Source of the DNA: Carcharhinus amblyrhynchos
Taxonomy: Eukaryota
Direction: 5' to 3'
DNA length: 64,000 nt
Assembly (NCBI GenBank): GCA_965287045.1
Contig: OZ336887.1
Coordinates: 11,780,001-11,844,000 of the forward strand
Made by a program: the position numbers and the translations under genes. The notes beneath the pieces are model-generated. The model was given only the letters and a program-made list of their open reading frames with translations. It was not told the DNA's origin and searched no databases. This document shows, in pieces, positions 25,755 to 38,473 of the stretch (position 1 is the first letter of the stretch; the number at the start of each line of letters is the position of its first letter).

Positions 25755-28700
25755 GAGTCATAGTCATAGAGTTATATAGTACAGAGGAGGCCCTTTGGCC
25801 CATCAAGTCTGCACCAATAAAACTACACTAATCCCACTTTCCAGCACTTGGCACGTAGCCCTGAATGACATTTCAAGTGTTCATCCATGTAGTTTTTAAA
25901 GGATGTGAGCTAAATCTCCTGCCCCTCACCTTAAAATTATGTCCCCTCATTACTGACCCTTCAACTAAGGGGAAAAGCTGCCTCCGATCCACTCATGTCC
26001 ATGCCCCTCATAATCTTGTATACCTCAATCAGGTCTCCCGTCAGTCTTCTCTGCTTTAAAGAAAAACAACCTGAGCCTATCTAGCCTCTTCATTGCTCAA
26101 ATGTTCCACCCCAGGCAACATCCTGGTGAATCTCCTCTGCACTCCCTCCAGTGCAATCACATCCTTCCTATAGTGAGGGAACTAGAACTGCACACAGAAA
26201 TCCAGCTGTGGCTTAACCAAAGTTTTGTACAACTCCAACATAATCTCCCTGCTTTTCTAATCTATGCACGGCTGAAGGCAAGTGTGCCATATGCCTTAAC
26301 TATTTTATGAACCTGTCCTGCCACCTTCAAGAATCTGTGGATAAGCATCCCAAGGTCCCTCTGTTCCTCAGATTCCGAGTGTCCTGCCATTCATTGAGTA
26401 TTCCCTTATCTTGTTACTCCTTCCAGGATACATCACCTTGCACTTTTCAGGGTTAAATTCTATATGCCACTAATCTGTCCACCTGATCAACCCATCTACG
26501 TCTTCCTGCAACCTAAGGCTTCTTCTTCACTGTTAAGTACCCTGACGAACTTCGTGTCATCCACAAACTTACTTATCATCCCCTCCACATTCTCATCTGT
26601 AGTGTTCATATATATATATAATGAACAATAAGAGACCTAGCAGTGATCTGTGCGAAATGCACTGGGCACCAGCCTCAGTCACACAAACAGCCTTCTACTA
26701 CCACCCTCTGTGTCTCCTAATACTAAGCCAGTTTTGGATCCAACTTGCCAAGTTACCCTGGATCCCATATATCTTTACCATCTTCATCAGTCTGTCATGT
26801 GGGACCTTGCCAAATGCTTTGCTGAAATCCATATAAAAACTACACCAACTGTGTTACCCTTATCCACACACCTGGTCCCCTCCTCAAAGAATTCAATCAA
26901 ATTTGTTAGGCATGACCTCCCTCTAACAAAGCCATTCTGATTAGCTTTGATCAAACCTTGCCTTTCTAAGTGGAGATTAATTCTCTCCTTCAGGAATTTT
27001 CTCCAATAAGCCTGATAAAAACCTCCTATACTTCCTCACTCCCTATGTCAAACTGTTCAAGAACTTCACAGTCCCTCTCCCCGAAATCTGCACCTACATC
27101 TTCTTTCTCCTGAGTGAAAACAGATGTGAAGTATTTGTTTAGCACCCTACCAGTGTCCTCCAGCTTCATGCACATAGTGCCCCCTTGGTCACTGGTTATC
27201 CTCTTCCCCATAATATTCTTATAAAATATCTTGGGATTCTCTTTAATCTTACCAGCCAGTGCATTTTTATGCCCCTTCTTTGCTCTTCTAACTACTCTTT
27301 TCAGTTCCACCCTGCACTTTCTATTCTCCACTATGGCCTTTGCTGATTTGCTCCCTTTGTACCTGCTGAAAGCCTCTCTCTTCCTTCTTAGCGAGTCCTG
27401 AATATTCCCAAACATCCAGGGTTCTCTGGGTTTGTTGCTCCTACCTTTCACCCTAAAGGGAACACATCGTACTCTTCCATTTCCTTTTTGAATGCCTCCC
27501 CACTGCTCTGCTGCAGAAGTAGACAGAAGAAGTAGAAATGTCGAGAGCTTCAAGTTTTTAGGTGTCCAAATCACCAAAAACCTGTCCTGATCCCCCCATG
27601 CCCCACTATAATTAAGAAAGCCCACCAACGCCTCTACTTTCTCAGAAAACTAAAGAAATTTGGCATGTCAGCCATGACTCTCACCAACTTTTACAAATGC
27701 ACCATAGAAAGCATTCTTTCTGGTTGTCTCACAGCTTGGTATGGCTCCTACTGTGCCCAAGACCGCACAAAACTACAATAGGTTGTGAATGTAGCCCAAT
27801 CCATCATGCAAACCAGCCTCCCATCCATTGACTCTGCCTATACTTCCCACTACCTTGGCAAAGCAGTCAACATAATTAAGGACCCATGCATCCCAGACAT
27901 TCTCTCTTCCAACTTCTTCCATCAGGAAAAAGATACAAAAGTCTGAGGTCACGTACCAACCGACTCAAGAACAGCTTCTTTCCTGATGCCATCAGACTTT
28001 TAAATGAACCTACCCTGCATTAAGTTGATCTTTCTCTACACCCTAGCTATGACTGTAACACTACATTTTGCAGTCTCTCATTTCCTTCTCTTTGAATGGT
28101 ATGCTTTGTCTGCAATGTGCAAGAAATAATACTTTTTTACTGAATGCTGATACATGTGACAATAATAAATCAAATCAAAATCAAAAGATTTTCCACAAGA
28201 AACTGTTCCAGTCTATTTTGGTCAGATCCTCTTTATTGTAATAAAATCTACCTTCCCCCAATCCAAACCATTTTTTGCAGACCAGCTTTTTATTTTCATG
28301 ACAAGCTTCAATTGTACTGTGTTGTGGTCACTATCATTAAAATGCCCTTCCACCTTCGCTGCCATGTCAAACACCTGTCTGGCTTTGTTCCCCAGAATTA
28401 GATCCAGCTCTGCACCTTCCCTTGTTGGACCTTCTACATATTGACATAACAAACTCTCCTGAATACATCTCAAGAAATCTGTCCCCTCTAAACTCTTTGC
28501 ACTATGACCATCCTAATTAATGTTGGGGAAGTTGAAATTCTGTAATCCAATTACCCATTTATTATTATTATTTTTACACACCTCAGTGAATTGTTTACAT
28601 GTCTGTTCCTCTGTTGCCCCTGATCGTTTGGAAGCCTATAATACACTCCCAGCAATGTAACTGCTCCTTTTTAGTCCTAAGCTTTAACCACAAAGCCTCA

Positions 28701-28990
28701 TTTGGAGACCTTTCCAAGATATCAACCCACCTTACTGCAGTAACTGACTTCTTAATTAATAATGCAACACCTCTTTTGCACCCTCCCTATCTCACCTGAA
28801 GATCCTGTACCCTGGAATGTTGAATTGCCAGTCCTGCTCCTCCTTCAAACATGTCTCCGTGATGACAACAATATCACAATTCCACGTGTCAATCCATGCC
28901 CTTAACTTGTCAGCATTACCTGTAGTACTCATAGCATTAAAGTAGGGGCCATCCAACATTGCCTTACTCCCTTGGAACTCAACATGGCTG
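25755..28990 (-). mobile_element. Degenerate CR1 LINE (endonuclease start to 3' tail, with internal deletions), interrupted by a Rex1/Babar insertion
   Basis: YFNAMS..DKLRAWIDTWNCDIVVITET; QYVEGPTREGAELDLILGN..SDHN; KENPKIFYK..NKYFTSVFTQEK; RT remnants at 26100-26950; tail near 25755. Confidence 0.85.
27520..28185 (+). mobile_element. Rex1/Babar-like LINE 3' fragment nested in the CR1
   Basis: VESFKFLGVQIT..KKAHQRLYFLRKLKKFGMSAMTLTNFYKCTIESILSGCLTAWYG and RTNRLKNSFFPDAIRLLN; ends TGTGACAATAATAAATCAAATCAAAATCAAA. Confidence 0.8.
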
Positions 28991-29599
28991 AATTCCCTCT
29001 TGGTTCCCTTATTATTAATAACAGAACCACAAGCACTTGAAACCTCTTCATCTTGTGCAGACAAATATTGTGTAGTTGACAAATCAGAAAGCCAGAGTTG
29101 TCATTCAAGCAATGCTTTCCCTGGTGTTCAGGTCTTTCAGTATTCTAATGGATGCTTGGATTCTCAGCCAAGAATGCACATAAAGACTTGGCTGAGAGCC
29201 CAGAAATCCATTAGTGTGTTGGAACAGCTATAATTCAGTAAGCACAATGGTGATGGGTGAGCTAGGGTATGGAGTTAGTGTAAAAAGATCATGGGAGCTT
29301 CTGATTATAGGACAAGTCTTAATTCAACTGGGACCATCAGGTAAAACCACAATTATAACTTTAGGGATTGAATACAGTAATTGACATAAAAAACACATCT
29401 CCACTTGCAAGTAGGTAAGTGCGCTCTCTATCAAGTGCCAATGAATCAACCGTTAAAATTTAGTAGTTTGTCGAGATTAACATACAGCTGTGAATACAGG
29501 CACAGGTTGGACACCGCGCTAATCACTTTGGCTACCTGCCTCCATAGTACCATCCAATATGCACTCAGCTGACCCTGGAGAAGGAACAGTGTTTGCAGG

Positions 29600-29905
29600 C
29601 ATTTTGATTTGATTTATTATTGTCACATGTATTAGTATACAATGAAAAGTATTGTTTCATGCGCACTATACAAACAAAACATACCGTTCATAGAGTACAT
29701 AGGGAAGAAGTAAAGGAGAGGGTGCAGAATGTAGTGTTATAGTCATAGCTGGGGTGTAGAGAAAGGACAGCTTAGTATATGTTAAGTCCATTCAGAAGTC
29801 TGATGGCAGCAGAGATGAAGCTGTTCTTGAGTCAGCTGGTATGCGACCTCAGATTTTTGTATCTTATTCTGGATGGGAGAGGGTGGTAGAGAGTATGCCT
29901 GGGGT
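29600..29905 (-). mobile_element. Rex1/Babar-like LINE 3' tail (another copy at ~3050-3210, + strand)
   Basis: Reverse complement of the 3' end of the 27520-28185 element (TTTGATTTGATTTATTATTGTCACATGTA...GAAGCTGTTCTTGAGTC). Confidence 0.75.
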
Positions 29906-30264
29906 TCCCTGACCAATGAACACTTCAGAATGTGTAGTGGCCATTGAAAATAACATTACGTTTATACATGTTCCTTTTTATGATTTCATTTGCAAAATGG
30001 TCCCTCTAAACAAAATAGGGGGACTTCCGCTTGATAACACCGAGGCAATCCAATATCTCGTTATTCAAGATAGGGTAAGTTGGGGGAAAACATTGGTTGG
30101 GAAGTCGAGGACTGTGAGGCATAGACTAAATACTAAAAGCTGGTTAATTAAACACAGATGTGAAACTATGAAACACCAAGTGTGGCAGAAGTTTAGAACA
30201 CACTTCTACAAAGAGCAATTGATCAGTTGGAGCTTTTAAATCTGATTGATTTAATTGATTGATT

Positions 30265-30597
30265 GGGGTGGCATAGTGGTTAGCACTGCTGCATCACAGC
30301 ACCAGGCACCTGGGTTCGATTCCAGCCTTGGGTGACTGTGTGGAGTTCGCACATTCTCCCCGTGTCTGCGAGGCTTTCATTCGAGTGCTCCGGTTTTCTC
30401 CCAAAGATATTCAGGTTAGGTATATTGCTCCTTTGTGTCCCAAGATGTGTAGGTTAGGAGGATTAGCAGGGTAAATGCGTGGGGTTATAGGGATAGGAGG
30501 GGAGCTGGGTTTGTTTAAGATGGTCCGAGAGTTGGTGCAGACTCAATGGGTTAAATGGCCTCCTTCTGCACTGGTGGGATTCTTTGAATCTATGATT
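30265..30597 (+). mobile_element. V-SINE (HE1-like), tail type A
   Basis: TAGTGGTTAGCACTGCTGC..GGGTTCGATTCC A/B boxes, V domain, tail A. Confidence 0.85.
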
Positions 30598-30645
30598 GAT
30601 TTTTGTTAAGTAAAAGGTGTTCAAGGATAAGGGGCCAGTGTCCCA

Positions 30646-30985
30646 GGGTGGCAGGGTGGCACACTGGTTAGCACTGCTGCTTCACAACTCCACAGACCTG
30701 GGTTCGATTCCCAGTTTGGGTCACTGTCTGTGTGGAGTTTGCACATTCTCCTCGTGTCTGTGTGGGTTTCCTCCGGGTGCTCCAGTTTCCTCCCAAAGTC
30801 CAAAGATGTGCAGGTTAGGTTGATTGGCCATGCTAAAATTGCTCCTTAATGTCCTGAGATGCTTAGCTTAGAGGGATTAGTGGGCTAAAATATGTAGGGA
30901 TATGGGGGTAGGGCCTGGGTGGGATTGTGGTTGGTGCAGACTCGATGGGCCGAAGGGCCTCTTTCTGCACTGTTGGGCTCTATGG
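30646..30985 (+). mobile_element. V-SINE (HE1-like), tail type A, ~450 nt upstream of the FSCN1 TATA box
   Basis: A/B boxes, V domain, GGGCCGAAGGGCCTCTTTCTGCACTGT tail. Confidence 0.85.
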
Positions 30986-31128
30986 TACAGGGAGTTTAGG
31001 AACAACCTCAAGGGGCCAACAATGATCCCAACAATGATTTATTGAGGGGAAAAGGCAGTGGAAACACAGCTAACTGTATTTGTCAATTGGTTACACACAG
31101 TAAGAGTTTGTGTGCATTTAAAAAAAGG

Positions 31129-31342
31129 AGGATAAACCCCATCAGGGACAGGGAAAAGCAGGATAAACCCCATCAGGGACAGGGAAAAGCAGGATAAACC
31201 CCATCAGGGACAGGGAAAAGCAGGATAAACCCCATCAGGGACAGGGAAAAGCAGGATAAACCCCATCAGGGACAGGGAAAAGCAGGATAAACCCCATCAG
31301 GGACAGGAAAACGTAGGATAAACCCCGTCAGGGACAGGAAAG
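31129..31342. repeat. 31-bp minisatellite, ~7 copies (AGGATAAACCCCATCAGGGACAGGGAAAAGC)
   Basis: Units start at 31129, 31160, 31191, 31222, 31253, 31284 and 31315. The first five are identical and the last two are slightly diverged. Confidence 0.95.
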
Positions 31343-31381
31343 ATTGGAGTAGTAGTGAGTGAATGGTGTGAGTGTAAGGCA

Positions 31382-31470
31382 GCGTGGCTGAACCGCTGCT
31401 AAAAAGGCGGTGCTGCTGCCTGACGTCAGGCACTCTATATAAGAGGGCTGGGTGACTGCAAGCTCAGCCT
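31382..31470 (+). promoter_or_regulatory. FSCN1 core promoter: GCGTG core (31382-31386), full CRE TGACGTCA (31421-31428), TATA box TATATAAG (31436-31443), probable initiator near 31466
   Basis: Motifs read directly. The A of CTCAGCC at 31466 lies 30 nt after the first T of the TATA box, and there is no upstream ATG between it and 31647. Confidence 0.8.
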
Positions 31471-31646
31471 TGCTGGAGGAGGCTGAGAGCTTACAAAGAC
31501 ACACTCACTGGGGGCTTCATTCAAACAAAGGGACTTGATACAAACCGTGCAACACCAATCCACTAAACAGGGAAACATTTTTAAAAAAACCCCAAGCTCT
31601 GATTCCAGGGAGAGTTAAAGCAACAAAAGAGCCAAAGTCTGCAGCC

Positions 31647-32466
31647 ATGCCAGCCAACGACCCCAGTAACAGTCTGCAGATCCAGTTTGGGCTCATCAAC
31701 TGCGGGAAGAAGTACCTGACGGCTGAAGCCTTTGGCTTCAAGATCAACGCCTCGGCGACCAGCATGAAGAAGAAGCAGATCTGGACCCTGGAGCAGAACG
31801 GCGAGGATTCCAATGTGGTCTTCTTCAAGAGCCACCTGGGCCGGTACCTGGCGGCGGATAAGGACGGCAATGTGTGGTGTGAGAGTGAGGAGCCGACCGC
31901 CGACTGCAGGTTCCTCATCGTGGCTCACGATGACGGCCGCTGGTCGCTGCAGTCCGAGCCCCACAAGCGCTACTTTGGCGGCACCGAGGACCGGCTGACC
32001 TGCTTCGCCCAGACCATCTCGGTGGCCGAGAAGTGGAGCGTCCACATCGCCATGCACCCGCAGGCCAACATCTTCAGCGTGACCAGGAAGCGGTACGCCC
32101 ACCTGAGCGCCAAGGACGAGCTGGCCATTGACCGCGACACCCCCTGGGGAGTGGACTCCCTTATCACGCTGGTCTTCCAGGACCAGAAGTACAGTATCCA
32201 GAGCAGCGACAACCGCTTCCTCCGCAACGACGGGCAGCTGGTGGAGAAACCCGACCGCAGCACCGGCTACACCCTGGAGTTCAGGTCGGGCAAGGTGGCC
32301 TTCAGGGACTGCGAAGGCAAATACCTGGCACCCTCCGGCCCCACTGGCACCATGAAGGCTGGCAAGAGCAGCAAGGTGGGCAAGGATGAACTCTTTGTCC
32401 TGGAGCAAAGCCACCCACAGGTGGTCCTCAAGGCTGCCAATGGCAGGAATGTCTCCATCCGGCAAG
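31647..32466 (+). CDS. FSCN1: Fascin-1 (actin-bundling protein), coding exon 1 (820 nt, ends in phase 1)
   Basis: [49 protein letters not shown]...RNVSIRQG matches the fascin-1 N-terminus ([21 protein letters not shown]) better than fascin-2. Kozak context GCAGCCATGC; donor CAAG|GTAAGG at 32466/32467. Confidence 0.97.
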
Positions 32467-35400
32467 GTAAGGGTTTCTTTTAGAACTATGTTCCACCAAT
32501 ATCAATGACCCCTATTGTGAGGGGAGGCCAATGTTGAGAAAACATCTGTATTCACTTCATTTTTTTTGAAAGGTGGACATCCTTTGAGATTGAGAATTCC
32601 ATTCCCTCCTCTATTTGCTGGGAGAATTATTTATTTGTGAGGCTTGGGAGAATTTCTCCAACATGGCTTCTATTTTCATTCCATTGTTTTCCTGCAGGAT
32701 TTTTTTTTTGGGGGGTGGAAGGCGTGACCCCAGATAAATACCTCACACATCCATCCCAGCCTTTCCTATCTCTCTTGGTAACGGTATTTAATTACTTTGG
32801 GCGGTGTGTCAAAGGTTAACTAGCTCGACCGAGTCTCAATTCTGTGGCCTTCCAAATGATTAACATTGCGTTGAAAAGTGGGTAACTGGGAGGAGCAGTG
32901 AATGCAACAGATTCCCAGACTCTTTTTTTTCTGTAAGGTAAGGCCTCTTTTAGGTCAAACCAAATTACTTTAACTCAGGGTAGACGCTCCTTTTTTTAAG
33001 GGGGGGGGGGGGGGGGATTTTTTTTCCGATTTCCCCATGCTGAAAGGCAGGGATTTTAGTTGCTCTCTCTCATTGTCTGCGATAACGGTTTTGTACAGCT
33101 GTTCACAATTGCTTTGCTCCTTCATTACAGGAATGGTATAATCGTTCCATTGTGCAGCGAACAATCCAAACATTTCCTTCCAATTCTCTGCCAAAGCTGA
33201 TCACTCCTCTCCCAGCCAACACTCAGCTTTCTAGTGGAGAATTGGTGTGTGTGCGCAATAGAGGATTGTGACCAGCCATATCCTTGACCAGGAGACTACA
33301 AAATAAACTTCAAGTCATGCAGTTGTAAATGTTGATTATGGAAATCTGGCCTTTCCAGGTGATTTTTCTTAAGGTGGTCAGAAAATGAGTAGTCGAAATC
33401 TGGTCTAGCGCTTTATCTCATCAGTAGTTTCCTGTATCTCTCAATGAGGCGTTAAATAACAAAATTGGCTTCATCCACAACAAAGGAAATGTACTGAAAT
33501 GTTCCCCCAAAATGGGGTTCAAGCAGGGATGTATAGTTGGTTTAGCAGAGACTGGATCAAACCCCACTTTGAAACGAGCTGCCCTTATGGTCTGAAATAT
33601 AGATATTTAAAATCCTGCAGCCCTGCAAAAAAAAATGCATCAGCGTGACCTCACCCGTGACTGTAGAACAAAACCAGATGTGTTATTTGAGCTCTTAAAG
33701 GGAGGACTTTGCTACCAGCCTCGGGATCCGCCGACAGAAATATAATGTGGGCGCCTCGTCTGCCAGAGAGGCAGAAAGCAATGTGCAACATTTCACACTG
33801 CATCCAGACTGCGGAGCATTCAAATTAACCCTTCTGTCGCTATTTAAAATAAAATTGTTCGACCACTTGATCAAATGCCCCCCTGATCTCATGGAGTATT
33901 GTAACATTTTAATTTTTCTCATAATCTTTGCATTAATTATTCTTTCTAAATTCTAAGGGCGGCAAGTGTTACAATGATTGAGCAATAGGTTTAAAAAAGG
34001 GGGAAAGATTCAAATTTTGGTTGCAGGAGACTGGGAAGATGTATTTGTGTCTTGAGATTATAAGAAGTGTGATCATTCATGCTTTGGTTCCAATTGTAGA
34101 ACTAGCATGTCCCTAGCACAATTTAAATATGGCAAAATGTTCCATTGTGTTTTGCTGGAACATTATCAAGGAAAATTTGTGGCCAAACTACAGGTGATGT
34201 GAGCCCAATGACAAAATTTGGGCAGATGTAGGTAGGTTTTAAGATGCATCTTAAGGAGGGGGTGGGGGCTATGTGGTATCAGGAGGGATTTCCAGAGTTT
34301 TGAGCCTTGACTGACTGCAGATGTTGCAGTAATGGAAATGGGGGATATGTAAAGAGAATGGGAGGAAACTTGAAATGAGGCTTGTGGAGGTCAGAGGTGG
34401 AAGAGGAGTAAATGTGTAGAGGAACTTGAAAACAATACCATCTTGGGCACTCAGTCCTTCCCAAGAAGGACACTGAATCTAAATCTGTTTCAAGTGCAGA
34501 TCTACTTCTCAATGCCTAGAGACCCTGTCAGTTAATGGAGTGATCAATAGAATATCCTTCCACTTGGACTGTGTTCAGGAATTGTCTAACATTAACAAAA
34601 AAAATTCATGAGAAATTACTATTGTCACATCTAATGCAGAACATAGGCATCTACTCAGCCTGAATATGTGCATTTTTAAATTTCCTCATCCTCACTTTTT
34701 AAATGGGATGAGATTTTTTTGTACCAGTAAAGAAGAACACAGCTGCTCATCCTCCTATTCCCTTTTCCCAGCTGCCACTTGTCCATGGTAATTGTCCCCT
34801 CCCTTCACTTGGTTTTGCTAATTGCCTTTTGCAAGTTAAAGGGGGAGGGGTGGGGAAATAACTGCGCACACAATCCAGGCATGTTAACATTTTAAGGAAA
34901 ATCTCTTCAGTCGATCCTCAAGTAGTGAGGAAAAGGAAAGCAGTTTAGCTGGACTGGAGCCCAAAATGCTTATTCACTGCACGTGTAGAATTGGGTTCCA
35001 GCCAGTTTGAATTGTTTAGCCTACAAAGCATTTTCTTGTGTCTATATAAATTTGGACTAAAGCTGTACAGTAGATGTTGTCCACAGGTGTGTGTGTGTCA
35101 GTGTTCTTCCTGTTTGCTCAATTTGTGATATTTGGGAAGTTCAGTAACTTCTCACATGTATCCCCCCACCCTGTTGTTTCACATGAAGCTGTATTTGGTG
35201 CAAAGAACTGATGCACTGCTTTATCTGTTGTATTAGGCAACTTGGTCACTGCACACTGGCTGCAGTATGTTCTAGCTACAGGATAAGCTGCAGCAACTCA
35301 CCATCTCTTTTGATAGCACTTCCTAAACTCATGACCTCCACCAGCTTGAAGGATAAGGGATGTGTTTGGGGATACATTGCCTTTGAAATTCACTGCCTTA

Positions 35401-36829
35401 GTTGACTTGAGCATATATTGCTTTTGATTGCTGCTGTGTCAAAATCCTATGACGCTATCCATTATAGGAGAACCTTCACCTTACAGCAGTTGTTCAGGAC
35501 AGCTTCCTTCCATCAGCTTATAGTGAGCAATTAAGGATGGGCAATAAATGCTGACCTTGCTGACAATTCCATCTTGGGACATTAAAACTAAAATGATACC
35601 TATGATTTGCCAGAAGACAAATGGGAGATAAATGTTCTGAGACCATGCATCCATACACCAGTACTTTCTGTAGCTGAATAACCTGCCTTGATGTTTGCAT
35701 GAACAGTAATGACTTGGTCATGATGCTGATTGAGTGCTAAGCACTGATGGCAATGTATGCCAGTGAGGAATTCAATTCCACTTCGGGAGGGAGGCCTTTT
35801 TCAAAATATTTCCATTTGTGACTGAGATAGTGGGGACATTATTTGATTTGGTCTGTTTCAGCACTCCCAATTTCCAAACCAAATGGGTCCTGATGCAGTT
35901 TCCTGTTGCTCAGTATTGGGAATATCAGCCTGCAGATAGGTGCTGGGAGACACAATAGCATTAAATATTTTTGTGATACCAGTGGGTGTAGTGTTCAAGT
36001 CCACTCATGTCCCTGAGGATTGCAATCAGAGCCCTAACAATGTCACTAAGGCCCCAATTTCCTTGGGGAAATGAACTGTTTGTTTCTGGCAGGTGTGTTG
36101 GAAAGTTAAAAGTTGGCCGATTTTGCCAGGATTAATAAAGCGGCAAGGTTACGAACCCTTGCCTTAACCCAAAATCCATTCAAATTTGAGAGATAAGAGT
36201 TCTAGATTTTGTTCAAATCCCAGTTTGTCTAGCTAATTCAGTTCAAAATCACCTGACTTGCTCAATTTTTTTGATTTCATGTTGGTGGAATATGCAGAAG
36301 GTAAGGGGCTGTCTCAGCTGCTGATCTCCTTCAGGGATCATGCGCAAAGAGGGCGTGGATGACATTGATTACACTTGGCAAACCACAGCAGTACTATTGC
36401 CATTGCCTTCTGCAATATGGCTGATTGGATAACTCTCCTGCTCTTATCACCACTGCCAGCAGGTGTATTGGAGAGATTATAGGCTGATGACAATTTTTAT
36501 GAATCGGCAATAAAGTTAAGTCGCTTCTAGCCCCACATTGAGGCTTATAAATAGCAGTGAATTTAATTTAAACTATCATCCATAAATGTAATGGATATAA
36601 CTTAGTTCAGCCCTGGCAGCAACATTAGATGTTTTTTGGCAGAATGTAATATCTGCTTGGCAGAAAAGATGAAACATATTTGTTTCAAGTAAGAATATCT
36701 CCATTCTGGAAGTAATAATTATTTAAACCACCCCTCCCCGCACCATGTCCATGTGACTTGTCTCAAACATACAAAATGCGGAAAAGGAATTGGCTACTCA
36801 ATCCCTTGACCCCTAGTTCTACATTCTCC

Positions 36830-38150
36830 CACAAGAGGAAAGGAAACATGCTGTCCAGATCTCGCCTGTCAAGACTCCTCAGGATCTTAATGGTTTCAGT
36901 CAAGTCATCTCTAGCCTGTTGGCCCTTTCCTCAGAAGACAACCTGTCCATTCCTATTCCTGGTTCTGGTCCATAAACCTTCTGTGAACTGCATCTGAATG
37001 TTTAATGCATTTACATCCTTCCTGAAATAGAGAAGGCCAGTACTGTACACAAGTGGTTTCACAATTGCTCTGTACAACTGAAGTATAGCCTACTTTTATA
37101 TTCCATTCTCTTTGCAATAAACAATAACATTCTATTAGATTTCAATTTACTTGCTATAACTGCTACTAGCCTCTTTGATTCATGCAGGTCCTTCCGCACT
37201 TCCAGAGTGTGCTCATTTCTCATTTAGATAATTTATTTTATTTTTCTTGCCAAAATAGACAATTTCACATTTTCCCAAACTATATTCCAGTTGCCAGATC
37301 TTTGTCCACTCACTTGACCAGGTTCTTTATAACCTAATGATGTCCTCTTCACAACTTGCATCCCTACTTATCTGTATCATCAGCAAATTTAGCAATCACA
37401 ATTTTTGTCCCTTTGTCCAAATCATTTCTATAAATTGTAGAGTTGAGACTCCAGCACTGATCCCTCTGATGATCACTTGATCAGGACCCTTTCATGTCTA
37501 CTCCCTGGCTAGCTAACAGAAAATAATCTACACATGCTGCCCTGTACATCTAAGCTTTTTTTTGCAATGATCTTTGATTATGGCACCTTATCTTCTGAAA
37601 AAACACAGTGCATTTACCTTTTATCCGAAACATGTGTCTTCCTCAAAGAGCTAAAATAAATTGATTTAACATGATTTTTCTTCCTCAAAACCATGTTGAC
37701 TCTGCCCGATTGCCTTGATTTTTTTTTTTCTAAATGCCCAGCCAGAGAAAAAATATTGAAGCCAAGTTAACCGATCTGTAGTTTCAAGTTTTCCGGTTCC
37801 CTCCCTTTTTTTTGAGTATAGGAGTTGCGTTTGCTATTTTCCAATCTAGTGGAAACTTTCCCAAATCTCAGCAATTTTGGAAAATTTAAATTGCGTCAAT
37901 TATCTCACTGGCCACTTAAGACTCCTGGATGAAGTTCATCTGGAACCAGGGATTTGTCAGCCCACAGCCTCAACAATTTACTAAGTACCCCTTACTTACC
38001 TGGTGGTTTTAATTTTCCTGAGTTCCTTATTCCCTTCCATTTACAGCTATTTCTGGGATGTTATCGTATCTTCTACAGTGAAGACTGATGCAAGATATCT
38101 GTTCAATTCATTTGCATCTCTTTCCATTATTAATTCCCCCAGACTCACTT
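36830..38150 (-). mobile_element. Old, decayed CR1 LINE fragment in intron 1
   Basis: Reverse-strand remnants of SVFTVE, DKSPG, NYR.V.L, QSQHGF, GSVL and KFADD motifs with many indels. Confidence 0.65.
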
Positions 38151-38473
38151 TCCCCAGGATCCAGAATGCTCTGCAGTAGCTTGGAAAGGATCACTTCACT
38201 TTGAACCTTGAATAACTACTTGTGGAAGATTGTAGTGCCAACCTTTTCTAACTTAAAATGTTATTACCAGGCAACAAGATAGTGAAAATTTGGTTTAAGA
38301 CTAAAAGCAATGGCTTTTTCTTCTGTGGTCATTGAGGAATGTGGAGATGGCATACTGAGTTGGCATTTTGTTAGCTCATGGCTGAACCAACTTGAGTTGA
38401 ATGGCTCACCCTGCCCCACTGATGTGTGGTTGAGTCTGATTTGTAGTCAGGTCTTGGTTTAGCATGCTGGTGG

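Noticed and set aside
30265-30720. tRNA genes (A and B boxes TAGTGGTTAG / GGTTCGATTCC)
   Set aside because: They are SINE heads that continue into V domains and LINE-derived tails, with no intact cloverleaf.
1-31100. Neighbouring gene such as ACTB (adjacent to FSCN1 in mammals)
   Set aside because: No actin or other host-gene exons are recognisable in the ORF track or by eye; small or non-coding exons could be missed.
31581-32465. 294-aa antisense ORF over FSCN1 exon 1
   Set aside because: It is a shadow of the high-GC3 sense frame and shows no independent protein features.
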